Shown: positions 28,812 to 41,148 of the stretch, piece after piece
Position numbering within the stretch: position 1 is the first letter of the stretch
Layout: each line of letters starts with the position of its first letter
Origin: an uncultured Candidatus Peribacteria bacterium
Lineage (GTDB): Bacteria > Patescibacteriota > Gracilibacteria > BD1-5 > JAGOOR01
Direction: 5' to 3'
DNA: 54,870 nt
Assembly (NCBI GenBank): GCA_964413195.1
Contig: CAYPRD010000002.1
Coordinates: 1-54,870, forward strand
Notes under the pieces: generated by a model
What the model was told of the DNA's origin: nothing
The model's input: only the letters and a program-made list of their open reading frames with translations
Databases searched by the model: none
Program-made: the position numbers and the translations under genes

Positions 28812-30784
28812 ACACACACCACCACCGGCTCACGCTCCCAAACCTTTAGTATCATTTTAGCAAGATCTTTTGCGAGAAAATCCCGGAAATTTCCATCACT
28901 CTCTTCTGGTTTTTTACCAGCAAGAGCCTTTTTTACATAGTCCACAAGAGCTCCATGAGACGCAGAAACTTCATCTGGAAAGAAAAGACCACGAGACTCT
29001 ACAGAGCCACTTTGTATTGAAACGATAACGACACCATCAGTTCCCATTTGTATGCGTTCTTTGACGGCACGGCTTTCGAGGGGCCCTATACCCATACCAT
29101 CAACACCCAGTGCTTCAAGAGGTATTTTTTTTCGTGAAAATACGAGTTCGTGTTTTTCATCCAGTTCGACAATTGATCCATCTTCGAGCATGAGGACATT
29201 TTTTGAATCAAATCCCATTTTCACAGCTTCGCGCTTGAGCGTTAGGCGTTGAGATATGTCGCCGTGTATGGGGATAATATATTTTGGTTTTACCAAATTC
29301 ATGATCACACGTTGTTCAACGATTCCACCATGTCCACCGGAATGGACTTCATTCTCTTTAATAGTAATAATTTTTGCTCCGAATCGGTTGAGTCGATTCA
29401 TCATATCGATGATCGCGAGTTCATTTCCAGGGATAACAGATGAAGAGAGAATAATTGTATCACGAGGTTTTATAGAAATGAGAGGATGATCGCCACGAGA
29501 AATATTATTGAGGCCGCCAAATTCTTCACCCTGAGCTCCTGTCGTGATGATAATCTGTTTGTTTTCTGGGATGCTTTCCATGGTCTTCTTATCAAGGGGT
29601 TTCATCGTGCCTTCTTTGCATTTTAGATACCCTATCTCTCGTGCTATGGCCACGCAATCGACCATACTTCTTCCATTGACGAGGACAACTCGACCAAGTG
29701 ATTCAGCAATAGTGACCACATCCTGTATACGGGAAATAAGAGTAGAGAAATTCCCAATAATAACACGTTCTGGGGCTTCTTGTATGAGAGAACGCAATTC
29801 ACCAGACACGCGAGTTTCTGAAGTAGTCCATTCTTGTTTATAGGAGTTGGTCGTTTCTTGGAGAAGTATATCAATACCACGAGCGGCAATACGAGCATAG
29901 TTTGCAAGATCCGCCTGTTTATCGATGCGAGGGAAAAATTCTATCTTGTAGTCCCCCATATGCATGATTCGAGCTGAAGGAGTTTCTATATAGATACCAC
30001 AGCTATCTGGAATGGTATGGTTTACACGAAAAAATTCATACTTAAAGACTCCAATATTTGCCATTTTTCCACTGTCAGGGTTAATGGGAAAAAATTGGAC
30101 TTTGTTCTTGAGTCCTGCTTCTTCGAAAGATTTTTTTATCATCGCAATCGTAAATGGTGCTGCATAGATAGGAGGAAAACCAAGCGCTGGAATGAGGTTC
30201 TTGAGGGCTCCTATGTGATCGAGATGTCCGTGCGTCACAAGCATTCCACGAATACGCTTTACGTGTGGTTGGAGAAATCGTATATCCGGAAGAAGGTAAT
30301 TAAACCCTGGACAACCTTCTCAGCGTGCAAATTCGAGACCGCCATCAACAATGATTATGTCATCTCCGTGTTCAAAAAGTGTGATATTTGCTCCTACTGT
30401 CCGTAGTCATCCTACCGGAATGATACGAGTAATATTGCGTTCAATTTTTGGTAGGATTTGTGGTTCTGAACTTTTTGGAAATAAGACGGGCACATTGAGA
30501 CTTTTGATGACCGCAGGAGAAAGTTGTTGTTGAGGGACTACATCTTCTCTCACTTCTGTTGCAAGAGGTTTTTCGGGAGGGAGCTCAAGTCTTTTCAGGG
30601 GGCGATTTTTCAAGAGAGGTTTTCCGGGTCTCTGTGGATGAGATTTATCTCATAAAAAAGGTTTTTTCTGTACGTGTTGATGAGTTGGTATTCATGGTTT
30701 TTGTCATGAAGGAGGCAGGGGAGATGGTTTTGGAGTGGTTTGACCAAGTTCTGAATCAAGTTCGGCAAAAAAATTATCTGACAT
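28808..30784 (-). CDS. rnj: ribonuclease J (metallo-beta-lactamase/beta-CASP) with a Pro/Lys-rich N-terminal extension
   Basis: Track ORFs 28808..30244 (THGHLDH..) and 30407..30613 are in one frame. The frame stays open through further TGA up to ATG 30784. No upstream Met before the stop. Confidence 0.85.
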
Positions 30785-31015
30785 ATAGTAAAAAAATATA
30801 AAAAACGGAGGATGTATGATCCACCTTAGGATAAAAAAGGTGTCATGAGCATCAAAAAATTCACTGCATGAATTCCATTGATGACCACGAATCGGTAAGT
30901 ACTGTTATCTAGGATACTACAAAATATGTTTTTCTCCAAGGGTCTTTTCCTTGCCTTCTTTCAATAACTTGTCTGATAAAACATGATAAGTGTAGCTATT
31001 TCTAATAAAAATCAA

Positions 31016-32062
31016 TTATTCAAAGAGAGTATTGTCATTCTTTTTGACCCAATCGAGGGATTTTCCTTTTCACCAAAAGGACCATAAGAGGATGTCCGTA
31101 AATGTGTATGAGCCAGCACGGAGGTCGTCGAGAGGATTCATAGCAAGCTCGAAATGCAAATGATAGAGGTATTTCTTATCAGGTACAGCAGAGTCTCCTA
31201 CGCGACCGATGATATCGCCACGTTTTACCCATTGACCCTTCTCGAGTTCGGATGGGATATCAGAAAGGTGCGCATAGATGGCTACGTGCCCAGAAAGTGT
31301 TTTGAGATAGACAGTATTTCCTCGGTATACATCCAGATTTTCTTGTTCTTCGAGATCGGAATCTCCAGGGTGGAGGTGGTTCATTTCTTCCCACGAGAAG
31401 TCACGTTTAGTATGTATAATCATACCATCTTCTATAGCGTGAACGAGAGTGCCTTCTTGGACATAAAAATCCCATCCATGATGGACTCCGTCTGTTTTCT
31501 GCGCTCGAAATGGACGAGGAGCGTTTGGTAAGTGAGAATTATTATTTGGAAGAGGAATTCCTGGTATGGGGAGAGAAAATTTTACTTTCCTGGTTTCCAA
31601 AATCAGAGAAATATCTGAAAAGAATCGTCGCATACGAGCCGAAGAAAATCGGTAGTCCGTAAAGAAGACAGATCATGCGCGAAGGGTGTTTGTCAGTGTC
31701 TCTGTTGAAACATCGCTGAGGGATTCGCGCGATGGGTATGATCATTGAAGAGGTAGAATATAGTTCTTTCCCTTGTACGTGACAAGAGGAAGTGGACAAG
31801 TGGTCACCGGCTTCCACTGAATAACTCGTGTCGTAGGCTCTTCTTTCAGTGTTGTTTGTTCATTTTCACAGGGAGAGATCAGTTTTTCTCCAGGATCCAC
31901 GCTCACAAGTACTGATGAGCTATTATCGAGGTGTGTTATGCCCGAAAAAAGAATCTCAAGACCGCTCCTACTAGCACTATTACTCACTTCAGGGGGTTCT
32001 GAAATAAGAATGGCTGGAGTACACAGCAGAAATGTTGCAACGAAAAAATGGGAACGAATCAT
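31016..32062 (-). CDS. secreted M23/LytM family metallopeptidase
   Basis: Track ORFs 31742..32062 (signal peptide) and 31070..31633 are one frame joined by TGA. HHGWDF (HxxxD) and YHLHFE (HxH). TAA at 31016. Confidence 0.85.
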
Positions 32063-32231
32063 AGATTTTGTCTCTTGTAACTCTCTTTGAGTGTATAAAA
32101 AAATTGATCAAATCAAACAAAAAACACATAGTATTTCTTGATTATCCGTTCTTTCGCGTACAAAACATTCTCTGTGAAGAATACGTGAAGGGTATTTCTT
32201 TTCTTTTCCCCTCGATTATAGTACTTTCACT

Positions 32232-33896
32232 ATGAAATATCTTCTTTTCTTTTTTGCCAGCGTAGGGATAGCATTTGTATGAGCAACGAGCCCCTTGGAT
32301 GCCGCTCGAGACTTGGCACAACAGGGGATCATCATCAATCAGTCTTCCTCTTTCGCGGGCAATTCTTCTTCACAAGAATCTTCTCTCTACCGTCTCAATG
32401 ATTTTCTCTCTCGACAAGAAGCGCTCGGTATTGCACTCAAGCTGCTATGAGCGAATCTGGATAACAGATATACTTGTCGTGGATACTTTGCGGATACGTC
32501 AGAATGGTGGGTGTGTCGGGCTTCTGAAATTGCTGCTGATTATGGTCTGGTGACACGCGCGAATAGACATTTTCGTCCCCGAGACACTTTGACACTGGCT
32601 GAATCCCTGGGAATACTTTTTCGGACCCTCGATATTCCTTTGTCTCAGACATCAACTCGTACTCTTGCGGGAAATGTGCCGGATTGGCAAAAGCGCATTA
32701 TTCTTACCATCAATGAACAATCTACTAATACGAGATTCTTTCGGGCCAAATTTGTACGTTCGTTAATTTTTCCTCCAGCCCTATGATGATATGAATTGGA
32801 TCTTTCGAATTTTGTTTTTGACGAATACTCAGATGGGTACTATAGCATTGGTCTTCAACAAAAATTAACTCGTGGTCAATTTTTTCAGATTGTTCTCTTA
32901 CTGACTCATTGATCCAATTCTCTCTGTTCCTCATATCGTTATTCTACCTGTCCCGCATCGTGCCAACCAGTTTGTCGCCCAAGTTCTTGTACGCCTGATG
33001 GGATTTGTACTGCTGATTGCGGATGAGCAGGAAGTTGTCAGGAAAAAACTGATGATGTACTTCTTCATTGTACGTCCTACAATGATGGATGTAATGATTG
33101 TGTCCGGATCAACGGTGTTGCTGCGTGTACAAAACGTGCTTGTTTTGTCCAATGAACTCCATCCTGCAGTGTTTGTGAGGAGGGATATACGCTCCTTTCT
33201 TGACGATGTGTGCAAAAAGAAACTACGTGTGTTGCCGAGGGATGATATGCAGGAGGTGGATATGTTCCTCATCAGGAAGATATAAATTCTTTTCAATGTT
33301 GTTCCAGCCTTGTTCGTGCTGATCGTAAAGATGGGAACATGATTGCCGATGGTGGTGCTATTTGTATCCGTCAGGGCGATGGATTCTGTGATGCTCGCTA
33401 TGAAAGCGCCTATAATTCTTCTGATTGCCGTCCTGCTTTTGACCTGACTGTTTGTGCATCGTATTATGATTGATGTAATACCTGTTCACGAACATCTTCT
33501 GGTCAATCTGTATGTACTTTGCGTGCCTGTATGACCCCGTGAATTCCATATTGCACGAGTTATATTCCTTATACTCCGCGAAATCAAAACCAAGACCGAG
33601 CCTTTCTGGATAAAATTGATACAGAAATTCAGGCGTACCTTGCTGATGTTTCGTGTCTGGATACGAGTGACTGTAAATATGCTTCTATGGGAGATCGCCC
33701 TTGCAACATATCGAGTGCTATGATACCGTATTCAACCAGAAATGTAGATAGCGTCCTCCTGAATCAAAAAACATTGTTTTATACTGACGCAGAAAAACTC
33801 TATAATACGACCTACAACATTGTAGGACCGTGTATATATCTATCACCACCTCGTGATCTACGTTGTATCAATCGCACGTGTAGTGCAAATTATTAA
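32232..33896 (+). CDS. secreted Cys-rich protein with an SLH-like N-terminal region and repeated CxSYxDGCNxC modules
   Basis: 555-codon frame with 11 TGA and no TAA/TAG (checked). Signal peptide MKYLLFFFASVGIAF. Repeats HCTSYNDGCNDCVRINGVAACTKRAC and VCASYYD(TGA)CNTCSRTSSGQSVCTLRAC. Confidence 0.75.
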
Positions 33897-33899
33897 GGA

Positions 33900-35675
33900 C
33901 TACATCTCGCTGGGGAGAGGTATGCCGAGTATGGAAGCACAAAATTCAATAATAGAGAGACTTTTTTGCACAATGTGCATCCTCATAGCTTTTTCCGCTC
34001 CTGATGTGTCTTTGAGTTTCGGGGTATTGACGTAGAGCGCATTGAGATGTCGAGCCAAAAGTGCCAGATGCGCAACAAGAATATGAAATTTATAACTTGT
34101 CGCACTTGCAGAAAGGAGGGCATTAAATCCCATAATATCCAATACAATATCTCGATCAAAGGAGGTTAATTGCCCCTGTGGGATGTCGTCTGTCGTCGTT
34201 TCTTGTGCACCCATCTCATCCAATATTTTTTTCCAACGAACGTAGGTGTACTGGAGATATGGTCCGCTGTTCCCCTCAAATGCGAGAACTTTGTCCCATT
34301 CAAACACCCAGTCTCTCTCTCGATCTTGGCTCAGGAATGAGTAGATAATGGCACCGAGAGCCACCGCCCGTATATCGTTATCCTGGAGGTCTCTTTCCCG
34401 TTCGATCAGGAGGGTTTTCACACGATAGAAACTTTCACTTACGAGGTCTTCTAAAAATATCACTCGTCCATGCCGAGTGGACATCGCACCATCCGGAAGG
34501 CTCACAAATCCATTTGCTGCGTGCGTGATCTCTGCAGTGTCCGGAAGCCATGCTTTTTTTGCTGTTGAGAAGAGCTGTTGAAAATGAAGTTTTTGTCTAT
34601 TATCAACAAAATAAATTATACGATCGGGTGACCAATGGTGTTGACGATATTTAATTGCTGCAAGATCGCTTGCGAGATATCCGTGCGTTCCATCACGTTT
34701 TTGGAGAATACAGGAAGGGAGTTTTTCTTCTTTTTTAAATGTTACCCCCACACTTCCGTCCTCGTTTTTCGTGGCAATTTTTGATGCAATGAGCTCATCT
34801 ACTACAGAGGACATAGTCATACTGTCGGCTATATCAGGCCAGTTGCCGAGCTTGGGGAGGGGAAGTCATTCGTAGAAGCTTTCACCTATCCATATATCTG
34901 GATGAACGCCAAATTCACTCATAATTTTTCGCACTTCCGCGAGACTTTTATCAGTGAATCTTTGCCAGAGCTTCATAGATGCATTATCTCCCTCTGAGAG
35001 AAGCTTGAAAGCGTCACGACATTCCTGATCGACTCATGTATCCTTCTCACATTTTTCTGTGATTGCAACGTAAATTTCTAGGAGGTGATGGATGGGATTT
35101 GTTTCAAAAGCTTCTTCGTTACCAAAATATTTCCATCCTGTGATAAGTTTTCCAAAAATTCCCCCCCAATCCCCCTGGTGGATATCGGCTATAACATTGT
35201 ATCCCATGAAACGGAGAAGGTTGATAGTTGCTTGACCAAAAAGGGGTGTGCAGAGGTGGCCGATGTGCAGAGGTTTTCCGATATTTGCACCCATATAGTC
35301 CACGATGATGGTCGAATCTTTTTTTTCATATTTTGGGAGGCTCCATACTTGGCTTTCTTCCAGGAAAAAACTGTCATTGACGAAGAGATTTACAAATCCC
35401 CCCTGAACATTCCCATCAGTTACGTAGTTTTCTGTCTTCATGAAACCAAGAATTTCTTCGGCAAGTTCTTGCGGCGGAGTCCTGGTTACTTTTACTGCGG
35501 GAAAAATGTTGATACAGATATCACCAAATTTCTTCTCAGGGGGGACGGTGTATTGAAATATATCAGGACTACAGGTTTTTCCTGACTGTGAAATATATTG
35601 TGCCAGAGAGCGAGAAAGAAGAGAGCTGTACATAGCCAGCAGTATAGGAAGAAACTTATTCTCGGCAATATTCAT
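33900..35675 (-). CDS. argS: arginine--tRNA ligase
   Basis: Track ORFs 35034..35711 and 33900..34820 are in one frame (2 TGA between them, checked). PLHIGHL (HIGH), GAMSTRHG (KMSKS-like). Start taken at MNIAENKF (35675). The ATG at 35711 overlaps the divergent gene's start. Confidence 0.9.
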
Positions 35676-35703
35676 TTGCTGTCCCAAATACCTCGCATAT
35701 ACT
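35676..35703 (+). promoter_or_regulatory. promoter with -10 placed 6 nt before the ATG (leaderless-type)
   Basis: TTGCTG, 16 nt spacer, TATACT (35698..35703), then ttcctc-ATG(35710). Confidence 0.45.
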
Positions 35704-35709
35704 TTCCTC

Positions 35710-36276
35710 ATGCATTTTTCAGCACCGTCGCATCCTCTGATCTACGCATTTTTATTGCAGCAGGAGAATTTTTGCCATGCTCGAAAGCTCATTGTTGAGA
35801 ATCAGGAGCAAGGAGAAAAACTCCTCCACATACTCGAAGCATGGCAATCACTCCAAAAAATACCACAAAATAAATGCGCACGATCTGGTTATCGACTTAT
35901 TAGGACATCTATCGATCTTATTGAATGGTCACATGATGTCTCGTTGGTGGGCATTTTCCCTCTTGAAACACTGGATCTACACGTGAAACAAAAAGAACTG
36001 GACCACTACTGTCTTGAACTCAAAAAAGGAATGAAATATAGTGAAGAACAATGTATTACTTGGCTCTCTGAACATGGTTATGTTGCCAAAAAAAGCGAAG
36101 AAGTTGGGACATATTTTCGTGCTGGAGATACTATTTCCGTGCCACTTTCTCGGGGGATACTGAGTATAAGTTTTTTTGGTACTACTCTCGAAGATTTGTT
36201 TCTCAAAAATGCCTCGATTACTTCTGTTTGGATTTATTCACGGCCTGGATCACTTCCGGAGGAACAAATTTCATAA
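35710..36276 (+). CDS. stand-alone Mfd N-terminal (UvrB-homology D1a-D2-like) fragment
   Basis: LELKKGMKYSEEQCITWLSEHGYVAKKSEEVGTYFRAGDTISVPLSRGILSISFFGTTLEDLFL parallels E. coli Mfd LVMKKGQRLSRDALRTQLDSAGY..GEYATRGALLDLFP..YRLDFFDDEIDSLRVF. TAA stop. No TGA. Confidence 0.65.
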   Translation: MHFSAPSHPLIYAFLLQQENFCHARKLIVENQEQGEKLLHILEAWQSLQKIPQNKCARSGYRLIRTSIDLIEWSHDVSLVGIFPLETLDLHVKQKELDHYCLELKKGMKYSEEQCITWLSEHGYVAKKSEEVGTYFRAGDTISVPLSRGILSISFFGTTLEDLFLKNASITSVWIYSRPGSLPEEQIS

Positions 36277-36499
36277 ATACCCATACGAGCAAGGGGATGA
36301 TGATCACATCATCTGCAAGTCAGAAGAACACTATAATGTCTGGGAGAGCATCAATTGGCATACTAACGTATCCCAGGATGCCCGCTGCGAGAAGAAGTTT
36401 TGCTGTAAATGGAGTTCCTGGATGCCTAAATGCTCACCAAGCAGAACCAAGTTTCTGTTTGAGATTTTGAAAGCGACGAAAGAGGTGTCAGGGTTTCAT
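36218..36499 (-). CDS. DUF1232 (YkvA-like) small membrane protein
   Basis: MKPGHLFRRF..PFTAKLLLAAGILGYVSMPIDALPDIIVFF(TGA)LADDVIIIPLLVW. 94 codons, 3 TGA. Not in the ORF track. ATG is 15 nt after the TerC stop. Its 3' end overlaps the mfd-N 3' end by 59 nt. Confidence 0.7.
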
Positions 36500-36513
36500 A
36501 GTTTCACTCAACC

Positions 36514-37452
36514 TTACAGGAGGTCTGAGATATGTTTTTTATCCTTTGTTGGGAAGAGAACTGAGGCAAGAATAGAGAGCGTAAGACAGCCGACGATGAT
36601 ACTCAGAGAAACGAGGATATCAAAATGATAATACCCAGAAATAAGCATCTTTATACCGACAAATGCTAGAACAGCTGAGAGTCAGTATTTGAGATAGGTA
36701 AAGTTCCCCATCATTCCTGAGAGTGCAAAGTACAGAGAGCGGAGACCGAGAATGGCAAAGATGTTACTCGTATACACGATAAACATGTCATGGGAAATAG
36801 CGAGTACAGCCGGGATAGAATCAAGCGCAAAGACGAGGTCAGTAAATTCAATCATGAGGAGCGCGACGAGCATCGGTGTTGCGTAGTGTTTTGCATTTTG
36901 TATGGTGACAAACTTTCCTCCATCCATCTCTTTTGAGATGGGCATAAATTTTTTGAGAATTCGTACGATAAGTTTTCGTTCAAATTCGATTTCTTCCTTG
37001 CTTTCAAAGAGCATTTTCACCGCTGTCACGATAAGGAAACCTCCAAAAATATATATCACAAAATGAAATGCTTCGAGTATTTCGATACCGAGCTTGATAA
37101 ATATGGCACGCATCACCAGTGCTCCGAGGATTCCCCAGAAGAGGATCTTGTGTTGATAGATTTTTCCTATTTTGAAATAGGCGAAAATCATAATAAAAAT
37201 AAAGAGATTATCGATACTGAGAGATTTTTCCATGACGTATGCTGTCACGAATTCGAGTGCTTTTTGACTGCCCATCCAATGTCATATAAGAGCTGCGAAG
37301 ACACCAGCTAGTCCGATCCATACTGCACTCCAGATAAGAGCCTCTTTAGTTTTTATTTCATGCGCTTTTTTATTAAATACGCCGAGATCGAGCACGAGCA
37401 TGATGATAACAAAGACAAAAAATCACTCCCAGAAATATGTTTGGACATCCAT
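36514..37452 (-). CDS. TerC family integral membrane protein
   Basis: Track ORF 36682..37275 is extended through TGA on both sides. EKSLSIDNLFIFIMIF and LDSIPAVLAISHD are the TerC repeats. TAA at 36514. Confidence 0.88.
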
Positions 37453-37611
37453 AAGAAAAAGTTAAATAACTTCTACATCCTATGAGTTTGTTCGGATTTT
37501 CAATTTTTCGTTCATTTTTTGAAATAAATTACAGAAAAATATTTTGTTTCATTACAGTATGATCGTCTTGATTAATTAGGTCATTGCAATACCATCGTGT
37601 GGATAATTCTC

Positions 37612-39975
37612 ATGCCCCAAAAACAACCACAATCCCTCGCTCTTGGTCTCGATTTCGTACCTGATTTTCTTCGGATTCGTCGTGAATATTCTCCGATTGA
37701 GATAAATCAGATAGCTGATCCTCTGCATCCGTCGGTAGGGATTGAGTATGTTGAATGCGACACACTGTCGGAGCTCGTGGAGTTTCTCAAAAAACCAAAA
37801 AAGATACTGGTCCTTACCAAACAGACGCCTGTGATGGAAAAATTCTGTGCTGATAATGAAATTGAAGCAGAGATTCACGCTTGGAAATTGGGAGGACCGT
37901 CGTTTGTCATGGGTGACGAATGTATTATTACTGATGAGCTGATTTGACCACTCTTGGGGGGAGTCTTTCGTCGGAAGAAACGACCGCAACTTGACCTTCT
38001 TGTACAGATAAAAGCAGGCGATTCTGTGGTACATCTCTTTCATGGTGTGGGTATATTTCAGGGGATAGTTCGAAATACACTCTCTGGTACAGAGCGCGAA
38101 TATATAGAAATAGAATATGCGGAAAAGGATAAACTCTTTGTTCCCGTCGAGGAGCTTCATCGTGTGAGTAAATTTGTTGGTGAAACAGCTCCAGAACTTA
38201 CTCGTCTTGGGTCTCCATCTTGGAAAAATATTCTTGCGAAGACAAATGAGGAGGTGCAAAAAATCGCTGAAGAACTTATCAGAAATCATGCCCATAGACG
38301 ACTGGTGGGCGGAGTGGCTCTCATGGATTTTCCAGAAAAAGAAGAAACTTTTCATCTTGCGTTCTCGCATAAGCATACGATCGATCAGGAAGAGGCAATC
38401 GCAAACATCATGGCAGATATGGGGAGTGAGAAACCGATGGATCGACTCCTTTCGGGTGATGTTGGATTTGGGAAAACAGAAGTTTCCTTGCATGCGGTGT
38501 ATCGCGCGTATCTCAATCAGAAGCAGGCTATTTTCCTTGCTCCCCTTGTCGTCCTTGCGTATGAGCACTATGAGTCTCTTCGAGAACGGCTTAAGCCCTT
38601 TGGTATCAACGTGGCACTTTTGACTCGTATGAGTACGACGAAGGAGGAAAAGGCTGTTTTACGAGGACTCAAAGATGGTTCTATTCACTGTATTGTCGGG
38701 ACACACCGTCTGTTATCATCTGATATACATTTTCATAATTTAGGACTCGTTGTCGTTGATGAAGAACATAAATTTGGTGTTACAGATAAAGAGAAGATTC
38801 TCGCCCTCAAGGCGGGTGTTGATACATTGGCTCTTTCGGCCACTCCCATCCCACGTTCGCTCAATCTTGCTCTCTCGGGTGTGAAAAATTTTTCTATCCT
38901 CTCGACCCCTCCTCACGGGAAAAAGCCAATCCACACCGCGGTAGCTCGTTATGATCAGACCATTGTGAAACGTGCGATCGAAGAAGAGCTGGCTCGTGGT
39001 GGCAAAGTATTTTTTGTTCACAATACCATCAAAACGCTTCCTATTTTGAAGAAAGAACTCGAATCTCTCGTGCCAAAAGCAAAGATCGTTATCACTCATG
39101 GGCAACTTCCTTCTGATGAGCTTGAAGATCGTATCATGGAATTTAAGCTGGGGATGCACAATGTCCTCCTCACGACAACAGTGATTGAAAATGGTATCAA
39201 CTTTCTTGATACCAATACGATTATTATCGATGAAGCGGAAGATTTCGGTCTTGCCCAGCTCCACCAACTTCGGGGACGTGTTGGTCGTGGACAGATACAA
39301 GGGATTTGTTATCTTCTCTATCGACAACCAGAAATTCAGGATGAAGCACGAGAGCGACTCATGACTATCGCGAATCATACACATTTATGAGCGGGTTTTG
39401 AGATTGCTTTGAGAGATATGGAAATTCGTGGTGTTGGGGATGTGCTTGGTGTTCGTCAGTCAGGGAAAACTCGAGATGTTGGCGTGAGTTTTTATCTCAA
39501 ACTTCTCGAACAGAAAATAGAAGAACTTCAATCTGGCAAAAAAACGACGAAAATAGATACGACGATCGATCTTCCGATCAGCGCCTATATTCCTGATGAA
39601 GCCTTTAGTTCCGATATCGAAAAAATACATTTTTATCGAGAGCTCGAGTCCGTCCGTGATGAAGAGGAACTTCTTGAAGTTATTGAGCCTCTCAAGGCTC
39701 GTATTGATATAAAACAATCAGCCGTCGACCATCTTTTCCTTCTCATTCGTGCTCGACTCAAACTCTCATTCCTCGGTGTCCGTCGTGTTTTTATGCAACT
39801 CGGGAAATATACACTTGAATGGGGAAGTGAAGGCGAGAAAACACTCGATGCCATGAAACAGATTATCAAACAGGATACAAAACAGTGCGCAGAAGTACTC
39901 TCAGGCAAAAAAATTGCCTTCTCAAGGAAGGCGTTTTTGAATCATGGAGATTTTTTGAGGTATTTTTTGAAGTAG
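37612..39975 (+). CDS. mfd: transcription-repair coupling factor core (D3-RID-translocase-D7), lacking the UvrB-homology module
   Basis: Three track fragments in one frame. GDSVVHLFHGVGIFQGI (CarD-like RID), GDVGFGKTEV, VVDEEHKFG, SATPIPRS, QLRGRVGRG. ATG 37612 (GTG 37597 also in frame). Confidence 0.93.
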
Positions 39976-39977
39976 AC

Positions 39978-41132
39978 TTACCCGCTCTTTTCTCTCAGAG
40001 CAGTTACCGCTCCTGCTGTTACATCATGCATTGACCAAGGATTAAATACAAGTCAAGAATAAGCAGAAACGAAATTTGCTCCACTCGCAATAGCTTTCCG
40101 TCCTTCTTCAAACCGTTGTTGACGAGTTTTCCCAGTCCCGAGACCTCATAAGGCTATTATAGTAGTTTTGGGCGCTATCTCTCGTACGAGCTGTACTGTT
40201 CGGAGCATTTCTGGAAGTATAAATTTGCCACTGAGTCAACCAGGATGCTTGCCAATAGGGGTTTGATCCTTGAATCTTACGTCCGGAGAGGTATTAATAC
40301 AGGTATATCCTATTACGAGACTATGGGTTGATGCTAAAACGCGTTCCATTACTTCACGATCAAGATGTGGAGGAAGCTTGAGAAGTACAGGCATATGTTC
40401 CTTCCCAGCTTCTCGGAGTCATTCATGAAGCGCAGTGAGTGTAGCTACAAGAGATTCAAGACTTTCCCCACTAAATGCAGATGCACCACTCCCTTTACCG
40501 ACATTTGGACAACTAGCATTATATTCTATTACCTGTACGAATGATCCTATTTTTTTTGCCATTTCTTTCGCTTCTGTTGGTTTGTCCTCTAGCCTTGTTA
40601 GCGGATCATTTGCTATATTGGCAATGAGTGGAATATGCTCTACACCAAGCACATCTCTTTCATATTGGAGTTGTGCAGCCCAGAGATTGATGCCAGAATT
40701 ATTCAGACCCATAAAATTCACTATTGAACGTGTTGTTGAATCAACATGAAGTCGCTTTCATTCATTTCATTTACGGTACTCTGGTGTTATGCCACCAATT
40801 GTTTTTGCCCCGATTGGAAGTGTGTGAAAAACCCTATTTGGATTCATGTCGTGCCTTTTGAGAAGTCAGGCTGCAGTAATAAAAGGTGTACGTAATTTAA
40901 GTCCACCAAGCATATATTCTCAACCCTGCTCTTGAAGCCATACATCAAAACGAGGACTTCATAGAAGTTTTGCACAGAGCTTTGGAGTATGTTCCAGCGT
41001 TTGTCATAATCGGAGTCAGAGATTGTGAGCTTCTTCGCCATCACGAGATGCTCGGATCATTTTTCGTCCAAGTGTATATCATGTTGCTAATACTGTTCTT
41101 CGAAGTTGACCAGGATATGATGAAGGTTTCAT
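39978..41132 (-). CDS. pyrD: dihydroorotate dehydrogenase
   Basis: NFMGLNNSG, NASCPN, PG(TGA)LSG (conserved GGLSG; TGA at 40236..40238), GLGTGKT. Frame checked for TAA/TAG. Start Met uncertain (41132 or 41060). Confidence 0.85.
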
Positions 41133-41148
41133 GATTTTGCGAGAAAGA

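Noticed and set aside
30785-31015. A 230-nt intergenic region examined for a tRNA, small RNA or small ORF.
   Set aside because: No cloverleaf-compatible arms or T-loop consensus. The only open frame (about 57 codons with TGA read-through) has no start context or motif.
35709-35712. argS start at ATG 35711, overlapping the divergent mfd-N ATG 35710 (shared CATG).
   Set aside because: Two divergent genes sharing their start codons is unlikely. The in-frame Met at 35675 (MNIAENKF, like E. coli MNIQALL) is the more plausible argS start.
36176-36628. 150-aa plus-strand ORF between the two mfd parts.
   Set aside because: It spans the ends of two genes and has no motif. The minus strand here encodes a convincing DUF1232 protein and the TerC C-terminus.
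37453-37611. Possible yybP-ykoY (Mn) riboswitch upstream of the TerC gene.
   Set aside because: The minus-strand leader is A/T-rich with none of the conserved G-rich riboswitch cores that I remember. No supporting helices seen.
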